A stretch of 64,000 nucleotides of DNA from a virus: the IMG/VR virus record IMGVR_UViG_3300045988_081432, positions 16,198 through 80,197 of that record. One strand, written 5' to 3'. Positions 17,654-28,117 of this stretch are shown here, one piece after another. The translations under genes were made by a program, and so were the position numbers. The notes beneath the pieces are model-generated. The model ran no database searches, was not told where the DNA came from, and saw nothing but the letters and a program-made list of their open reading frames with translations. The first letter of the stretch is position 1; every line of letters starts with the position of its first letter.

Positions 17654-18646
17654 ATGCCATATTATGATACTTTCATGAATGTTAATAAACACCCTGCTCA
17701 AAGATGGAGAAATCAACTTCAAGACACGGTTGATAAAGTCTTTGAGAATGCGTCTACATGGTGGGATGACGTGTGGGAAGAGAAAGAATTTGGCTCTGAT
17801 GCTCTTGAGACAATTACAACTAATGAAGAAAAAAGAAAAGAATTATTTAATAAAATAGATATCCGTATTACATCACTTGTTGATGCTAAAACCGGACAGC
17901 GTGTAAACGATGACTATAAGAAATTAATTTATAAAGACTTGGATTATAGACCAAAGTTAGGACAAAGGTATTTCTTTGACGATAATATCTGGATTATATA
18001 TTCGCGTGATAATATTCGCAAGAGTTCATCTAGTGCTTATGTTAGACGTTGTAACAATACAATCAATACTCTAGCAGAGGACGAGAAAACAATCCATCGT
18101 GAACCATGTTATATTGAGTATAAAATTGTTGAAGACCAAATTTCTACATCGGAAGTTATTGATGTAGCCAAAGATAAAATTGAGGTTGTTTGCCAGTATA
18201 ATGATTGGACAAGTCGGTACAGAATTAATACTCGTTTTATGTTAAATGGTGTAACATATAAGATTAGACAGTTTGTTAATTTCTTAAATATGAATACATT
18301 CCAAGATAATCCGGGACTATTAAAATTCTATGCAGACTTTGAAAATTATAATGCGGCAGACAATCCGAAGAATGATTTGGCTAATGACGATAAAGAACCA
18401 AAGCAGCCGGAAGAATTTACTATTCTTTTAAACGGCTCGAAAACATTTGTTCTTGATGGAGATAACTATACGTTTGAATGCAACAAGGACAAAACAGTGT
18501 CTAAAGATTATTATTCTTTTACATCCACAAATAACAGTTTTAGAATAAAAAACTATCATCAAAGCACCAATCCGCTTATTGTGAATTGCTACCAAGATGA
18601 TATACTAATAAAAACATTTAATATTAAATTAGGAGGTGTTGTATAA
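17654..18646 (+). CDS. hypothetical structural protein
   Basis: 330-aa ORF in the late array. Confidence 0.55.
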   Translation: MPYYDTFMNVNKHPAQRWRNQLQDTVDKVFENASTWWDDVWEEKEFGSDALETITTNEEKRKELFNKIDIRITSLVDAKTGQRVNDDYKKLIYKDLDYRPKLGQRYFFDDNIWIIYSRDNIRKSSSSAYVRRCNNTINTLAEDEKTIHREPCYIEYKIVEDQISTSEVIDVAKDKIEVVCQYNDWTSRYRINTRFMLNGVTYKIRQFVNFLNMNTFQDNPGLLKFYADFENYNAADNPKNDLANDDKEPKQPEEFTILLNGSKTFVLDGDNYTFECNKDKTVSKDYYSFTSTNNSFRIKNYHQSTNPLIVNCYQDDILIKTFNIKLGGVV

Positions 18647-19261
18647 TTGTATTACGAAGAGCTTAGTTCTATCGTTTTCGCAGTTATTTATAACAGACTT
18701 CTAAGAAGTGAGCGTTTGGTTAGGTTGTTGACTTGTTACGAGCGAAATACCTCCCCTTATTTTGATAAATCTTTTGACGAAAAGATTAAGAAAATTGGTG
18801 GGTTGAATAATCTTGTTTATATGGGGCAAGACCTAGATAAATGCACAGACGTTCATATTTATCCACTAGAGCATATTCCTGACGCAAAATTAGACCAAAA
18901 AACATATTTAACTGTAACACTCAATGGTGGTTACACCACAGAGGTTGCACAGTATAAAAAGGTTATTATATGTGTCGATGTGGTAGTTCACGATGAACAA
19001 AGTGTTATTCTGTCTGATAATCCCGACTATCCGATAGCTTATCGTCTTTACGATATCGTGCATGAAATTGACGCAATCATTAATGACAAAAGGTTGGAGG
19101 ACTTTTCTGCCGGACGTGTGAACCTGATAGGATTTCAACGTCGTTATTATAATGGTTATTTTAATGGTTTGCAGCTTCAATATCAACTAACACTAAATAG
19201 CACAATTGGTTGTGATGGTGGTTCTACAAATCTATTACCTAAATTTACACTGAAAAATTGA
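18647..19261 (+). CDS. hypothetical structural protein
   Basis: TTG start 8 nt after a GGAGGTG RBS. 204 aa. Confidence 0.5.
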   Translation: MYYEELSSIVFAVIYNRLLRSERLVRLLTCYERNTSPYFDKSFDEKIKKIGGLNNLVYMGQDLDKCTDVHIYPLEHIPDAKLDQKTYLTVTLNGGYTTEVAQYKKVIICVDVVVHDEQSVILSDNPDYPIAYRLYDIVHEIDAIINDKRLEDFSAGRVNLIGFQRRYYNGYFNGLQLQYQLTLNSTIGCDGGSTNLLPKFTLKN

Positions 19262-20139
19262 ACGCTTTACAACTGTATTGCGGGAGACCGCTAAAATTAG
19301 CAGAAAACGTATATGTAGAACACCCAAAACTTGATAAACTACTTAACGACGTTGGTGAAAAAGACGCTTATAGTGAATACATGAAAAACCTAGCCCTTAT
19401 CACAACTCAGTCTAAAGATATCGCTGATATCCTGTGGGTGGAAAATAAGATATGGTATGAAGATATCAAAAGCGAATACGAGTTTTTCATTCAAGAATGT
19501 TTGGCAGATAGCACATCAAATAATGTTTTTATTAGAGATGGAGAAGTCGTTTCAGAAATGGACGAAGAATGTATTGTTATCAATAATGATATGTCTAATG
19601 CGCTTAACTATTTTCTGGATTTAAATGGTAAATGGATTGTATTAGGCAGAACTGTTGGAGAAAATACACAAATTTTTCTTTTGAGTGTTAAATGTGAAGA
19701 TGAAAAGTTATATATAGAGTCTGATTCTATTAAGTTCAATGAACAGACTTATCATATATTGGTGGAGTATTTAAGAGAAGTAAACTGGATTCATCCAGAA
19801 TACAAGTTTCTTAAAGGTGCTACTAAAAAAGCAAAGAAAATAATCTTACAAAGAAGTTATGAAGAAAGAGAATATGAGGCAAAAAAGAGCAAAGAGAGAG
19901 ACAAAGAGGAAGTTAATTTCCAAAGTATCTTATCCTGTCTCGTAACCTTTAAAATATTTTCTTATGATGAATTGCCTAATATACCTGTGTATGTAATTTA
20001 TGATTCATATTTTAGATATGTTAAGGCTGATAATTATAGAAACACAATGGAGGCTTTACATTCTGGGTGTATCGACACAAAGAAAAACCCGATTGATATA
20101 AATAAGATTCATTGGTCTTCTATTCTTGAAAATAATTGA
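19258..20139 (+). CDS. hypothetical structural protein
   Basis: TTG start overlapping the upstream stop (TTGA). 293 aa. Confidence 0.5.
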   Translation: MNALQLYCGRPLKLAENVYVEHPKLDKLLNDVGEKDAYSEYMKNLALITTQSKDIADILWVENKIWYEDIKSEYEFFIQECLADSTSNNVFIRDGEVVSEMDEECIVINNDMSNALNYFLDLNGKWIVLGRTVGENTQIFLLSVKCEDEKLYIESDSIKFNEQTYHILVEYLREVNWIHPEYKFLKGATKKAKKIILQRSYEEREYEAKKSKERDKEEVNFQSILSCLVTFKIFSYDELPNIPVYVIYDSYFRYVKADNYRNTMEALHSGCIDTKKNPIDINKIHWSSILENN

Positions 20140-20165
20140 TGATTATTATTTAAGGAGGAAAAAAT

Positions 20166-21023
20166 ATGGCAACTGCTGGAACCCCTCGAAACTTTGTTGT
20201 ACAGCAAATCTTCGAGTTCCTACTACAAGATACTACCGATAAGTCTATTATCGGTTATCTAAAGCATTGTAAAACTTCTACCCTAGAAAATACCGTTGAA
20301 ATGGTGTATCCTAGCGGAGGCAGAGGTAATGTATATATTGGACGTGGCTTTTCTCACAGCCGCCGTGCGAATCTGAATGTGGAGAGCGCTACTTGGAACA
20401 CCGAAATTATTGCAGCTCAGAACGGCACTGATGTCGTTACTGGTGAAACCACTTATACCAAGTATATTCAGATTGACCTAAAGGACGCAACTTATAGTTA
20501 CAACCTTCCTGTTCCCGCCGTAAAGGAACCCGGTCAGACTCTATATATTGGCACTATTTATGGTACTCAATCCGATGGTGACTACGTTAAGGTTATTACC
20601 GAGGACGAGAGCGCAAGCGAAGGTAAATTTACTTATACTAAAGAAGTTACCGAAACTTCCCCTGCACCGGCAAAAATTACCCTCGCTGAAAAAGATGTTA
20701 AGGATATGATTGAGACCATGGGTTGCACTAAGCTATCTATGGCGTATACTGTCAAGTCTACCGCAAACGCCCAACGTATCGAGATTAAGACTGGTACTAT
20801 GCCTGACACTGTTCTTGTTACCGCTTATGGCCTAGTTGCAGATATTTGTGATGGCAAGCTATATCCTTGCGTTATTCACGGCATGGCACAAATTGATGGT
20901 AACTGGAATTGGGAGCTAACAGCAGATGGCGACCCTGCCGTTCAGAACATCTCTATGCAGTTTGTTTCTGGTTGTGCTTCTGATGACCTGTATACTATCA
21001 CCATTGATACTGACGAAGAATAA
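20166..21023 (+). CDS. major tail (tube) protein (call based on position and composition)
   Basis: AAGGAGG RBS and capsid-like biased codon usage. A strong terminator follows. No sheath-like gene is seen nearby. Confidence 0.5.
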   Translation: MATAGTPRNFVVQQIFEFLLQDTTDKSIIGYLKHCKTSTLENTVEMVYPSGGRGNVYIGRGFSHSRRANLNVESATWNTEIIAAQNGTDVVTGETTYTKYIQIDLKDATYSYNLPVPAVKEPGQTLYIGTIYGTQSDGDYVKVITEDESASEGKFTYTKEVTETSPAPAKITLAEKDVKDMIETMGCTKLSMAYTVKSTANAQRIEIKTGTMPDTVLVTAYGLVADICDGKLYPCVIHGMAQIDGNWNWELTADGDPAVQNISMQFVSGCASDDLYTITIDTDEE

Positions 21024-21041
21024 TTTGTTTTGTTAAATTAA

Positions 21042-21077
21042 ATGTAGGTAACGCTTTGACGTTGCCTACATTTTTTA
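21042..21077 (+). terminator. rho-independent terminator
   Basis: ATGTAGGTAACG / CGTTGCCTACAT forms a 12-bp stem with one G-U pair and a 6-nt loop, followed by TTTTTT. Confidence 0.75.
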
Positions 21078-21106
21078 TATTTGAAATTTTATGAAAGGAG
21101 GATTTT

Positions 21107-22729
21107 ATGGCTTATGATGTAAGTAAGAAAATAAACGTAGGTTTGGCAAAAATATATGTTCAGCTTGCCGATTCTCTATACCTCCGAAAAATTGATGCAC
21201 AAAAAGAGTATCTTTCTTTATCTGGTGGTACTCTGACAGGTGATATAACATTAGATGATAGTTCATTGTATCTCAAGAAAAATTCCAATGTATCTAAATT
21301 TAGTCAAAACTCAAATAATAACCTAGATATTTATAGTGATAAAAATATACAGTTCAGTACAAATGGCTCTACCTATTTCGTTGCAAATCCAAGCTATATA
21401 TCTTTAGAAAATAAGCACAATAATGTGTCTGTCGAACTTGTAAACGAAGACGGTTCTGGTTCTCCTTATGGTGGACTTACAATTTACAGTACCAAAAACG
21501 GAGTCCCTGAGATGACAAGCGCCATTAGCTCTGGCTATATGAATGGAACTCCGTACCAAGATTTTACAGTTGAAGATGGAGGTCTTTTTTCTTGGAATGT
21601 TGTTGACGGAGACGATATAAACGGCGTTACAAAGATTGATAAAAACGGACTGACGCTATCAAATCCAGATTCAACATCTGGGAAGTTCTCTATGCTTAAA
21701 TTTGAAAGCGGGAATAATGGGTTTGTGTCTATATTTAGCCCAGAAGAAAACACATTAACTCTATCCGCTTCTGACTGTATTATGCTAAATAATAATTTTG
21801 GCGTTTCTGATACGGCAATTATGCTATATCAGGAAAATAAAATCCATTTTGATGGTGGTCACGATAATGGCGTAGTTATGTATAGTAAAACAGGTTCACA
21901 CGAATTGAGTATTGACTTAGATAACAAACATTTTGTGATTAACAAAGATGGTTTTAGTGGAAACGCTAATACGGCAACATCGGCATTAAAATTGTCACAA
22001 GAAAGAACTGTAAGTGGCGGCACTGACATCATGTTAAATTACAAATATGATGGTTCTAACGACTCGGAGGCCGAAGTAGGTTTTTATGCCTGTAATGCAA
22101 AGGTTGGAAATCAGAATAATTATCCATATCATCGTATTGCAAGAATAGACTTAACGTCAGAAAATTATAAAGACTGGTCAACAACACTATATATTTCTCA
22201 GGGTTATCTTGGTGGCGGTTTTGGCATTTGTAGAATTGCTATGAGAACTAATGGCACTGGCGCTAGGTCTGGTGTAGAAGTAAAATGGCTTGCCAGAAAT
22301 AATCTGTCAACAGACTTTGTTCAGATTGCAGTTGATGACACAATTAATGCAACTTATGCCGATGTATTTGTGAAGATTGAGTCTTCTTACGCCTCCACCA
22401 CAATCAGAGCATTTGCCTCTGAGTCTCGTGGATTCATTAAGAGAACATGGGTTCTTGTTGACTCAGAAGAAGTTGATAATACTACAGAAGAAGCAAAGGA
22501 AAATTCTGTGGAGTGCTACAAATCAATATCTGAGGCTGGTAACGAGCTTCATAATGCTCAGTACACAGCCATCATCACTGGCAGTGATACAATAGCGGAA
22601 AGAGCAAACAGAGATTCTAATGGACAAACCATTGCATCTACTTATATTGCAAATATTGAAGCATCTGGTGCTAATACTATTAAAATCACTTATGGAGACG
22701 GTCATAGTTCAACCGTGTCGATTCAATAA
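21107..22729 (+). CDS. tail-fibre-like protein
   Basis: 540 aa. The N-terminal LSLSGGTLTGDITL motif is typical of phage fibre proteins, and the body is beta-rich and Ser/Asn/Gly-rich. Confidence 0.45.
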   Translation: MAYDVSKKINVGLAKIYVQLADSLYLRKIDAQKEYLSLSGGTLTGDITLDDSSLYLKKNSNVSKFSQNSNNNLDIYSDKNIQFSTNGSTYFVANPSYISLENKHNNVSVELVNEDGSGSPYGGLTIYSTKNGVPEMTSAISSGYMNGTPYQDFTVEDGGLFSWNVVDGDDINGVTKIDKNGLTLSNPDSTSGKFSMLKFESGNNGFVSIFSPEENTLTLSASDCIMLNNNFGVSDTAIMLYQENKIHFDGGHDNGVVMYSKTGSHELSIDLDNKHFVINKDGFSGNANTATSALKLSQERTVSGGTDIMLNYKYDGSNDSEAEVGFYACNAKVGNQNNYPYHRIARIDLTSENYKDWSTTLYISQGYLGGGFGICRIAMRTNGTGARSGVEVKWLARNNLSTDFVQIAVDDTINATYADVFVKIESSYASTTIRAFASESRGFIKRTWVLVDSEEVDNTTEEAKENSVECYKSISEAGNELHNAQYTAIITGSDTIAERANRDSNGQTIASTYIANIEASGANTIKITYGDGHSSTVSIQ

Positions 22730-22752
22730 CGTAATGGAAGGAGAGATTTGTT

Positions 22753-23082
22753 ATGATGGAATTTTTAACCCCCATTATTATTAATCTAACTAGAGTTGTT
22801 ATCTCTGCGTTTGTTACCTATCTATGTGTTGCAATTATTCCTCGATTTGTAACTATTTTAAAGCAAATCGGTTTATATCGGGTTGTGAAATTTTTTGTAG
22901 CTGCGGCTGAAAAAATGGCAGATACAAAAAGGATTCCCAAAGAAACAAAAAAACAATGGGTAAAAGATATACTCGCAAAAGTTGGTATTCAAGACAATGA
23001 AATTATTGACGCTTTGATTGAGGGTGCTGTTGAAGAACTTGACAATCAGAAGGGCAAAATAGGGGATGCTTTTAATAAGTAA
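22753..23082 (+). CDS. putative holin-like membrane protein (resembles the LL-H/holin-6 family)
   Basis: 109 aa with an N-terminal TM region (PIIINLTRVVISAFVTYLCVAII). The helical C-terminus ends in IEGAVEELD. Confidence 0.4.
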   Translation: MMEFLTPIIINLTRVVISAFVTYLCVAIIPRFVTILKQIGLYRVVKFFVAAAEKMADTKRIPKETKKQWVKDILAKVGIQDNEIIDALIEGAVEELDNQKGKIGDAFNK

Positions 23083-23107
23083 TTCCATGTTAAATTGGGT
23101 GTAAGAA

Positions 23108-23542
23108 ATGAAACATAATAGAATATGTGCTTATTGTGGACGCTCCTATTATGTTTGTTCATCTTGCATTTCTGCTGGGTCATATAAGAACTCTTATTGT
23201 TCACAAGAATGTTTTCGCAGAAGTGTAATGAACAATGGGAGTTTCCAACCAATAATTATAGAAGGAGAAGAAATGAAAACTTTATTGAGAGGAAAGTTAG
23301 CAGGAACAGATATCTTTGTAGATATTATTGGTTATGACCTAGAACTTGGAAAATTTGACTGCCATGATGGCGTAACTCGTACACCAGATGATTTCAGATA
23401 TTTTGTTATTCCTTGTGACGAAATGAAGACAATTAATAAATACGTATCTGAATTAAACGAGAAAAAAGTCAAAACTTCTGGCCGTACCTCTATTACAAAG
23501 AAGACTGAAACAGAAAGGCCAAAGCATGAAATTAAGCCTTAA
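23108..23542 (+). CDS. Zn-ribbon protein, function unknown
   Basis: 144 aa containing CAYCGRSYYVCSSC...CSQEC cysteine pairs. Confidence 0.5.
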   Translation: MKHNRICAYCGRSYYVCSSCISAGSYKNSYCSQECFRRSVMNNGSFQPIIIEGEEMKTLLRGKLAGTDIFVDIIGYDLELGKFDCHDGVTRTPDDFRYFVIPCDEMKTINKYVSELNEKKVKTSGRTSITKKTETERPKHEIKP

Positions 23543-23725
23543 ATTGTAAAATACTCGAAAATGGGTTATTTATCCGTATATTTATGGATTTTTAGCTCAT
23601 TTTCATTTTTAGATGTATGACAATGAAAGTGAAATTTTATTGCTAAATAAAGTGCTGTAAACACGGGGATTTTTAAGGGTGGGTTGTGGCTGTTTACAGG
23701 ATTTTAGATTGAAAGGGATAAAAAT

Positions 23726-24148
23726 ATGGATAAATGTTTCAAAATGTATATCAAAGATGTTACACACGAACAGCTAATTGGCGTATATGACTCTAAAAAT
23801 TTAAACGTGAAGAGTTTATATACATCTGTAACAAATGATGAAAATAGTTTTACTCTAACTTTTTCAGACGACCAACTTGTTGAATATCTACAATTTAACA
23901 AGAATATTATGCTACGGTTTATTATCATTTATGAGCAGTATTGTTTTAATCTGCCCGACCCGATGTATCGTCTTGAAAAGTATAGCACAATCAATTATTA
24001 TCTGTCAAGAGATGATAACCCAGCAGATGAAAAATATTGGGAATTGATGCTAAATAATGTCGTAAAAAGTAATCGCAACGAATATTTCTTTACTGAAAAT
24101 GGCAGGAAGCCGGAGATTAACATTGATGAATGTTGGAAAGATTTTTGA
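23726..24148 (+). CDS. hypothetical protein
   Basis: 140-aa ORF with an AAAGGGA RBS. Confidence 0.5.
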   Translation: MDKCFKMYIKDVTHEQLIGVYDSKNLNVKSLYTSVTNDENSFTLTFSDDQLVEYLQFNKNIMLRFIIIYEQYCFNLPDPMYRLEKYSTINYYLSRDDNPADEKYWELMLNNVVKSNRNEYFFTENGRKPEINIDECWKDF

Positions 24149-24668
24149 ACAAAAGTTCAAAGAGAGTATTCCTAAAGATGTGGCAGTAATTAGACTGCAT
24201 GACAGCGCAAGTGGTTTTGGGCAAGATAGCAAGTCAACAAGATTTTCTATGAAATCTCCATTTGATTTTATCTTGTTCAAAACTCCTTGTATGTATTGTC
24301 TGGAATTAAAATCAACAGACAAGAAAAGTTTTTCTTTTGAACGTGAGAAACCAACGAAAGAAAACCCTACTAAACGAGAAATCCATTGGCATCAAATTCA
24401 AGCTCTTACTGAGTATAATAAGTATTGTAATTGTATATGTGGTTTTGTGTTAGACTTTAGAAATGATGGAACTTATTTCTTGAGTATCAAAGATTTCAAT
24501 AAATTTAAAGAAAAATCAACTAAAGTTTCAATAAATATTCAGGACTGTATTGCGTATGGTGCTGTTCAAATAGATAGAGAATTAAAGAAAAAATATTATA
24601 GCTACGATGTAGCAAAGTTATTAGATAAGATTGGAAGTGACGAAATTGGGAAGAAGAACTGTATATAA
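24126..24668 (+). CDS. recU: RecU-like Holliday junction resolvase (PD-(D/E)XK nuclease)
   Basis: The FDFILF...CLELKSTDKKSFSF...HWHQIQAL...GFVLDF...YFL pattern matches the RecU core (D...E-x-K...HQ). ATG 24126 is preferred over the track start at 24099. Confidence 0.65.
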   Translation: MNVGKIFEQKFKESIPKDVAVIRLHDSASGFGQDSKSTRFSMKSPFDFILFKTPCMYCLELKSTDKKSFSFEREKPTKENPTKREIHWHQIQALTEYNKYCNCICGFVLDFRNDGTYFLSIKDFNKFKEKSTKVSINIQDCIAYGAVQIDRELKKKYYSYDVAKLLDKIGSDEIGKKNCI

Positions 24669-25686
24669 TAGAATTTATACAGAAGAAATCTGGGCAAAGG
24701 TTAATGAAGACAATAAGAACTTGTTGAAAGATTATCTTGCATATAAGACTACTGGCGGTCGTTCTCCACAGACGATTTATCAATATGAACAAATGATTCG
24801 TCTGTTCTTCTGTTGGAATTATTTGCATAATAAAGATACGTTCTTTGTGGATTTGAAGAAGCGGCAACTTGTTAGTTTCTTTAATTATGCAATTACAGAA
24901 ATGGGATGGTCTAGTAATAGAATCTCTACTATTAAATCATCTCTATCTTCTATGTCAGATTATATTGAAAATGTTCTTGATGATGAGTTTCCTGATTTTA
25001 GAAATATTGTTGTTAAACTGGAAACTCCTGTAAAGCAGACTGTTCGTGAAAAGACTGTTATGAGCGAAGAGCAGATTCAAGATTGTCTTGATAAATTGGT
25101 TGTCGCCAAACGGTATCAGGCGGCTTGCTATCTTGCTCTTGCTGTCAGCTCTGGTGCAAGAAAAGCAGAACTGATTCAATTTAAAGCAGATTGGTTCACT
25201 GACGAAAATATTGTTTACGGCTGTATGTGGAAGACCCCTGAACAAATCAGAACCAAGGGAAAGGGTAAGCAAGGCAAGTTGCTTCATAAATTTACATTTA
25301 TTAAGTCTTTCAAACCATACTATGAACTTTGGATGAAATATCGCAAAGAAAATAATATTGAGAGTGAATGGCTATTTATTGTAAAGAACGATGACGGCAC
25401 TTATCGTCAAGCAAGTATTTCAACAGCAGATAGCATTTGTAGAACAATTTCGGCTGTTTCTGGCCTAGATTTTTATAGCCACTGCTGTAGGCATCGTTAT
25501 GTTACAATGATGAAGGAAGCGAAGTTACCTGATGATGTTATTGTTGCGTTGGTAGGATGGCAGAGGGAAAGTGGTTCGGTTTTAGTGAACTTATATTCAG
25601 ACATTGACGTTGCAGACACGCTTGATGAATACTTTGATGAAAACGGTATCAAAGAAGTAAAGACTGGCACTGTAAGCGATATTTAA
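24631..25686 (+). CDS. int: tyrosine recombinase/integrase; start codon uncertain
   Basis: N-terminal SAM-like core-binding region. The catalytic region contains ARKAEL (Arg), HCCRHRY (HxxR), LVGW and NLYSD (Tyr). Confidence 0.8.
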   Translation: MEVTKLGRRTVYNRIYTEEIWAKVNEDNKNLLKDYLAYKTTGGRSPQTIYQYEQMIRLFFCWNYLHNKDTFFVDLKKRQLVSFFNYAITEMGWSSNRISTIKSSLSSMSDYIENVLDDEFPDFRNIVVKLETPVKQTVREKTVMSEEQIQDCLDKLVVAKRYQAACYLALAVSSGARKAELIQFKADWFTDENIVYGCMWKTPEQIRTKGKGKQGKLLHKFTFIKSFKPYYELWMKYRKENNIESEWLFIVKNDDGTYRQASISTADSICRTISAVSGLDFYSHCCRHRYVTMMKEAKLPDDVIVALVGWQRESGSVLVNLYSDIDVADTLDEYFDENGIKEVKTGTVSDI

Positions 25687-25697
25687 CAAGGAGATAT

Positions 25698-26822
25698 ATG
25701 ACACTTCAAGAATTATTAGACCACTATAGTCTTACAATTGTAAATGAGTCGAGCGAGATTAGAAATTATACTAAACTTGAGCTAGAAAGTTCTGAGGGGT
25801 ATAAATATTATCTTAACAAAAGCAATCTGAGCTGTGCTTATAGGCGAAATGCTGAATTATGTAAATATTTCAAAAATCCGTATACGGAGCATAACTTATC
25901 TAATTTCCTTAAAATAGAAACAAACGGAGACGTTGTAATCAAGGATTTTCAAGATGCTCAAAATGCACACAGTCCGATTCTTTTACACTGTAATTCTATT
26001 GACTTAGATTATACTAAAAGTGCTAATGAAATTACATCTGGGAGATATTATATAAAAAGTAAAATGCCAGATTATAAGAATCCTGAAAGGCTTGGGATAG
26101 AATATGTTAAAACAGAGGCCGTAAAATATGGTATTGAAATAGTAGATTCAGAGTACATTAATAATATGACCCCACTTAAATTCGTATGTTTAAGACATAA
26201 AGATAAGGGCGTTCAGGAAAGAACATGGTCTAACATAAGAAAGAAAAAATTTCCATGTAAATATTGTTATTACGAAAATACACTTGGTAACAACTGGAAA
26301 TCCTCTGTTGATGCCAAAGAGAGATTTGAGATAGTCTCAAAAGAATTAAAAAATCCATTTATAGATATAATTGGGGAATATAAATCTGCTCATAACAAAA
26401 TCGAATGCAAATGTTTAAAATGCGGAGAAACTTTTTATCTCAGGCCAGACCATATTAGGCGTGGTATTGGACATAGTGGTTGTAACAAATCTCTTGGAGA
26501 GGAACGTCTTGAGAAATATCTCAAAGAACATAACATAAATTATATCGGTCAGTACCGTTTTGGAGACTGTGTTCGCAAAGAAAGAGATATGCCGTTTGAC
26601 TTTTATCTTCCTGACCTAAATATTGCAATAGAATACGATGGCATACAACACTATAAACCTGTTGTTAAATTCGGTGGAGAAGAAGGCTTTGCAGAGCTAA
26701 AATTGAATGATTACTTCAAGACAAATTATTGCATTGAACACAATATAAAACTAATTAGAGTTCCGTATACTGAGTACGATAGCATGGAAGAGTTTCTAAA
26801 TAACTATTTTAACAAGGATTAA
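25698..26822 (+). CDS. free-standing homing-endonuclease-like protein with a Vsr/DUF559-type PD-(D/E)XK C-terminal domain
   Basis: Repeated Zn-ribbon modules (FVCLRHK...CKYC and CKCLKCGETF). The C-terminal FDFYLPDLNIAIEYDGIQHY...IRVPY is typical of this nuclease fold. Confidence 0.5.
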   Translation: MTLQELLDHYSLTIVNESSEIRNYTKLELESSEGYKYYLNKSNLSCAYRRNAELCKYFKNPYTEHNLSNFLKIETNGDVVIKDFQDAQNAHSPILLHCNSIDLDYTKSANEITSGRYYIKSKMPDYKNPERLGIEYVKTEAVKYGIEIVDSEYINNMTPLKFVCLRHKDKGVQERTWSNIRKKKFPCKYCYYENTLGNNWKSSVDAKERFEIVSKELKNPFIDIIGEYKSAHNKIECKCLKCGETFYLRPDHIRRGIGHSGCNKSLGEERLEKYLKEHNINYIGQYRFGDCVRKERDMPFDFYLPDLNIAIEYDGIQHYKPVVKFGGEEGFAELKLNDYFKTNYCIEHNIKLIRVPYTEYDSMEEFLNNYFNKD

Positions 26823-26835
26823 AGGAGCTGAAATT

Positions 26836-27504
26836 ATGACACTAAAGACTGTTATTGATAAACTAAACCAATATAAAAACAAGCTGATTGACAAAGAGGC
26901 TCTTGACAGTTGGCTCTTTGAGAATATCAATATTACTAATTATATCTCTATTGGTAATAAGTACGCTTATATCCACAAGATTAATGAAACTTTCTCAGAA
27001 GAAATTGCTGAGAATCTAAACAATAAACTAGATATCGAACTTGTATTTATGCGTTATGATATGCACGTCTTGTTTGATATTCTTCTTAAATATACCGATA
27101 TTGAAGTAGTAAAGGATGATAAGTCTCCTGAGTATTATGATATTATGGTCGAAACCGAATTTGACCGTTATCTAAAACTAGCTATTGGTAATGATTGTGT
27201 TAAATTTATGAATGCTTTTGAAAAGGCTTCTGGCATCAATGAAATTAACACTATGAATATTATTAAGGGGGCTATTGATAGTAATATTACTCAGGATAAG
27301 ATTGATGCTCTTGATAAGGTATTTAAGAAACTAAACACTAAGAAGAATAGAACCTTCCTAGAAGATGTAATGGCATATTCCAACCCTGCCGTTAAGGAAC
27401 TAATGGACGGTATGCGTAAGTCTGCTACGGAAGAAGCAGATAAGAAATTAAAGGAGAAGTATTCTAAGCCGGAAGGTGATACAAATGGCGAAGCCGTCAG
27501 TTGA
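26836..27504 (+). CDS. hypothetical protein, possibly a tail assembly chaperone by position
   Basis: 222-aa acidic protein located two genes upstream of the tape measure. Confidence 0.4.
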   Translation: MTLKTVIDKLNQYKNKLIDKEALDSWLFENINITNYISIGNKYAYIHKINETFSEEIAENLNNKLDIELVFMRYDMHVLFDILLKYTDIEVVKDDKSPEYYDIMVETEFDRYLKLAIGNDCVKFMNAFEKASGINEINTMNIIKGAIDSNITQDKIDALDKVFKKLNTKKNRTFLEDVMAYSNPAVKELMDGMRKSATEEADKKLKEKYSKPEGDTNGEAVS

Positions 27505-28105
27505 CAACAGAAAACTCCAAGTGGCAATTTGGAATAAAATTGATAAAATTAATGACAATTTTGTTGATGATTATGAAAAAGCTGCTAAGAATATCCTGAT
27601 GACGATTGCCCAAGAAGGGGTCAAAAAAATTAAGGAATATATAAAAAAGTATTTTTACGATGATATTTCTGAATCTCCTTATTATGAAAGATTAGCAGAA
27701 CAAGGCGGTTTTTTAGCAACTATTAGTTATACTATTATTGACAAACATGGTATGCCAAATCAAATTAGAATTTACTGTGATTGGGACAAGCTCAAACGTG
27801 TCATTCGTCCGTATAGTCCCGGTCAAACTCCACAATTTGACGCTCACAACGGTTTCGATAATAAGAAATTTACAGAAGGATTGTACGACTACATTATGGA
27901 TGGCACATGGAACTCGCCTTATGGCAATCCTAAAACAAATGGTATCGGAGAAGGAGTAAACGAAGAACTTTCTCAACTTCTTACTGGTAGAGCAAGACAA
28001 GAGATTGCGGCTTATATGAAGAAATACTTCAAAGATACTACTATCAAACACCGTGTTGTTGGTGGTCTTTCTGTTAGCAAAGATACAAAGAGACATAAGA
28101 AATAA
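27485..28105 (+). CDS. hypothetical tail-module protein
   Basis: ATG 27485 follows a GAAGGTGA RBS; the track starts at 27476. Confidence 0.45.
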   Translation: MAKPSVDNRKLQVAIWNKIDKINDNFVDDYEKAAKNILMTIAQEGVKKIKEYIKKYFYDDISESPYYERLAEQGGFLATISYTIIDKHGMPNQIRIYCDWDKLKRVIRPYSPGQTPQFDAHNGFDNKKFTEGLYDYIMDGTWNSPYGNPKTNGIGEGVNEELSQLLTGRARQEIAAYMKKYFKDTTIKHRVVGGLSVSKDTKRHKK

Positions 28106-28117
28106 GGAGGTGGGTAA

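Noticed and set aside
23543-23725. A possible attP or recombinase target in the 183-bp non-coding gap. It contains a 9-bp inverted repeat CTGTAAACA/TGTTTACAG with a 27-nt spacer and an 11-bp imperfect hairpin at about 23597-23632.
   Set aside because: The arm and spacer geometry does not resemble Xer/dif or typical Int core sites. The gap is not adjacent to the recombinase gene. I have no host sequence to compare against.
27476-27504. A programmed -1 frameshift between 26836..27504 and 27476..28105, as in gpG/gpGT-type tail chaperones.
   Set aside because: The 29-nt overlap contains no slippery heptamer of the XXXYYYZ type. The second ORF has its own good RBS and ATG at 27485.
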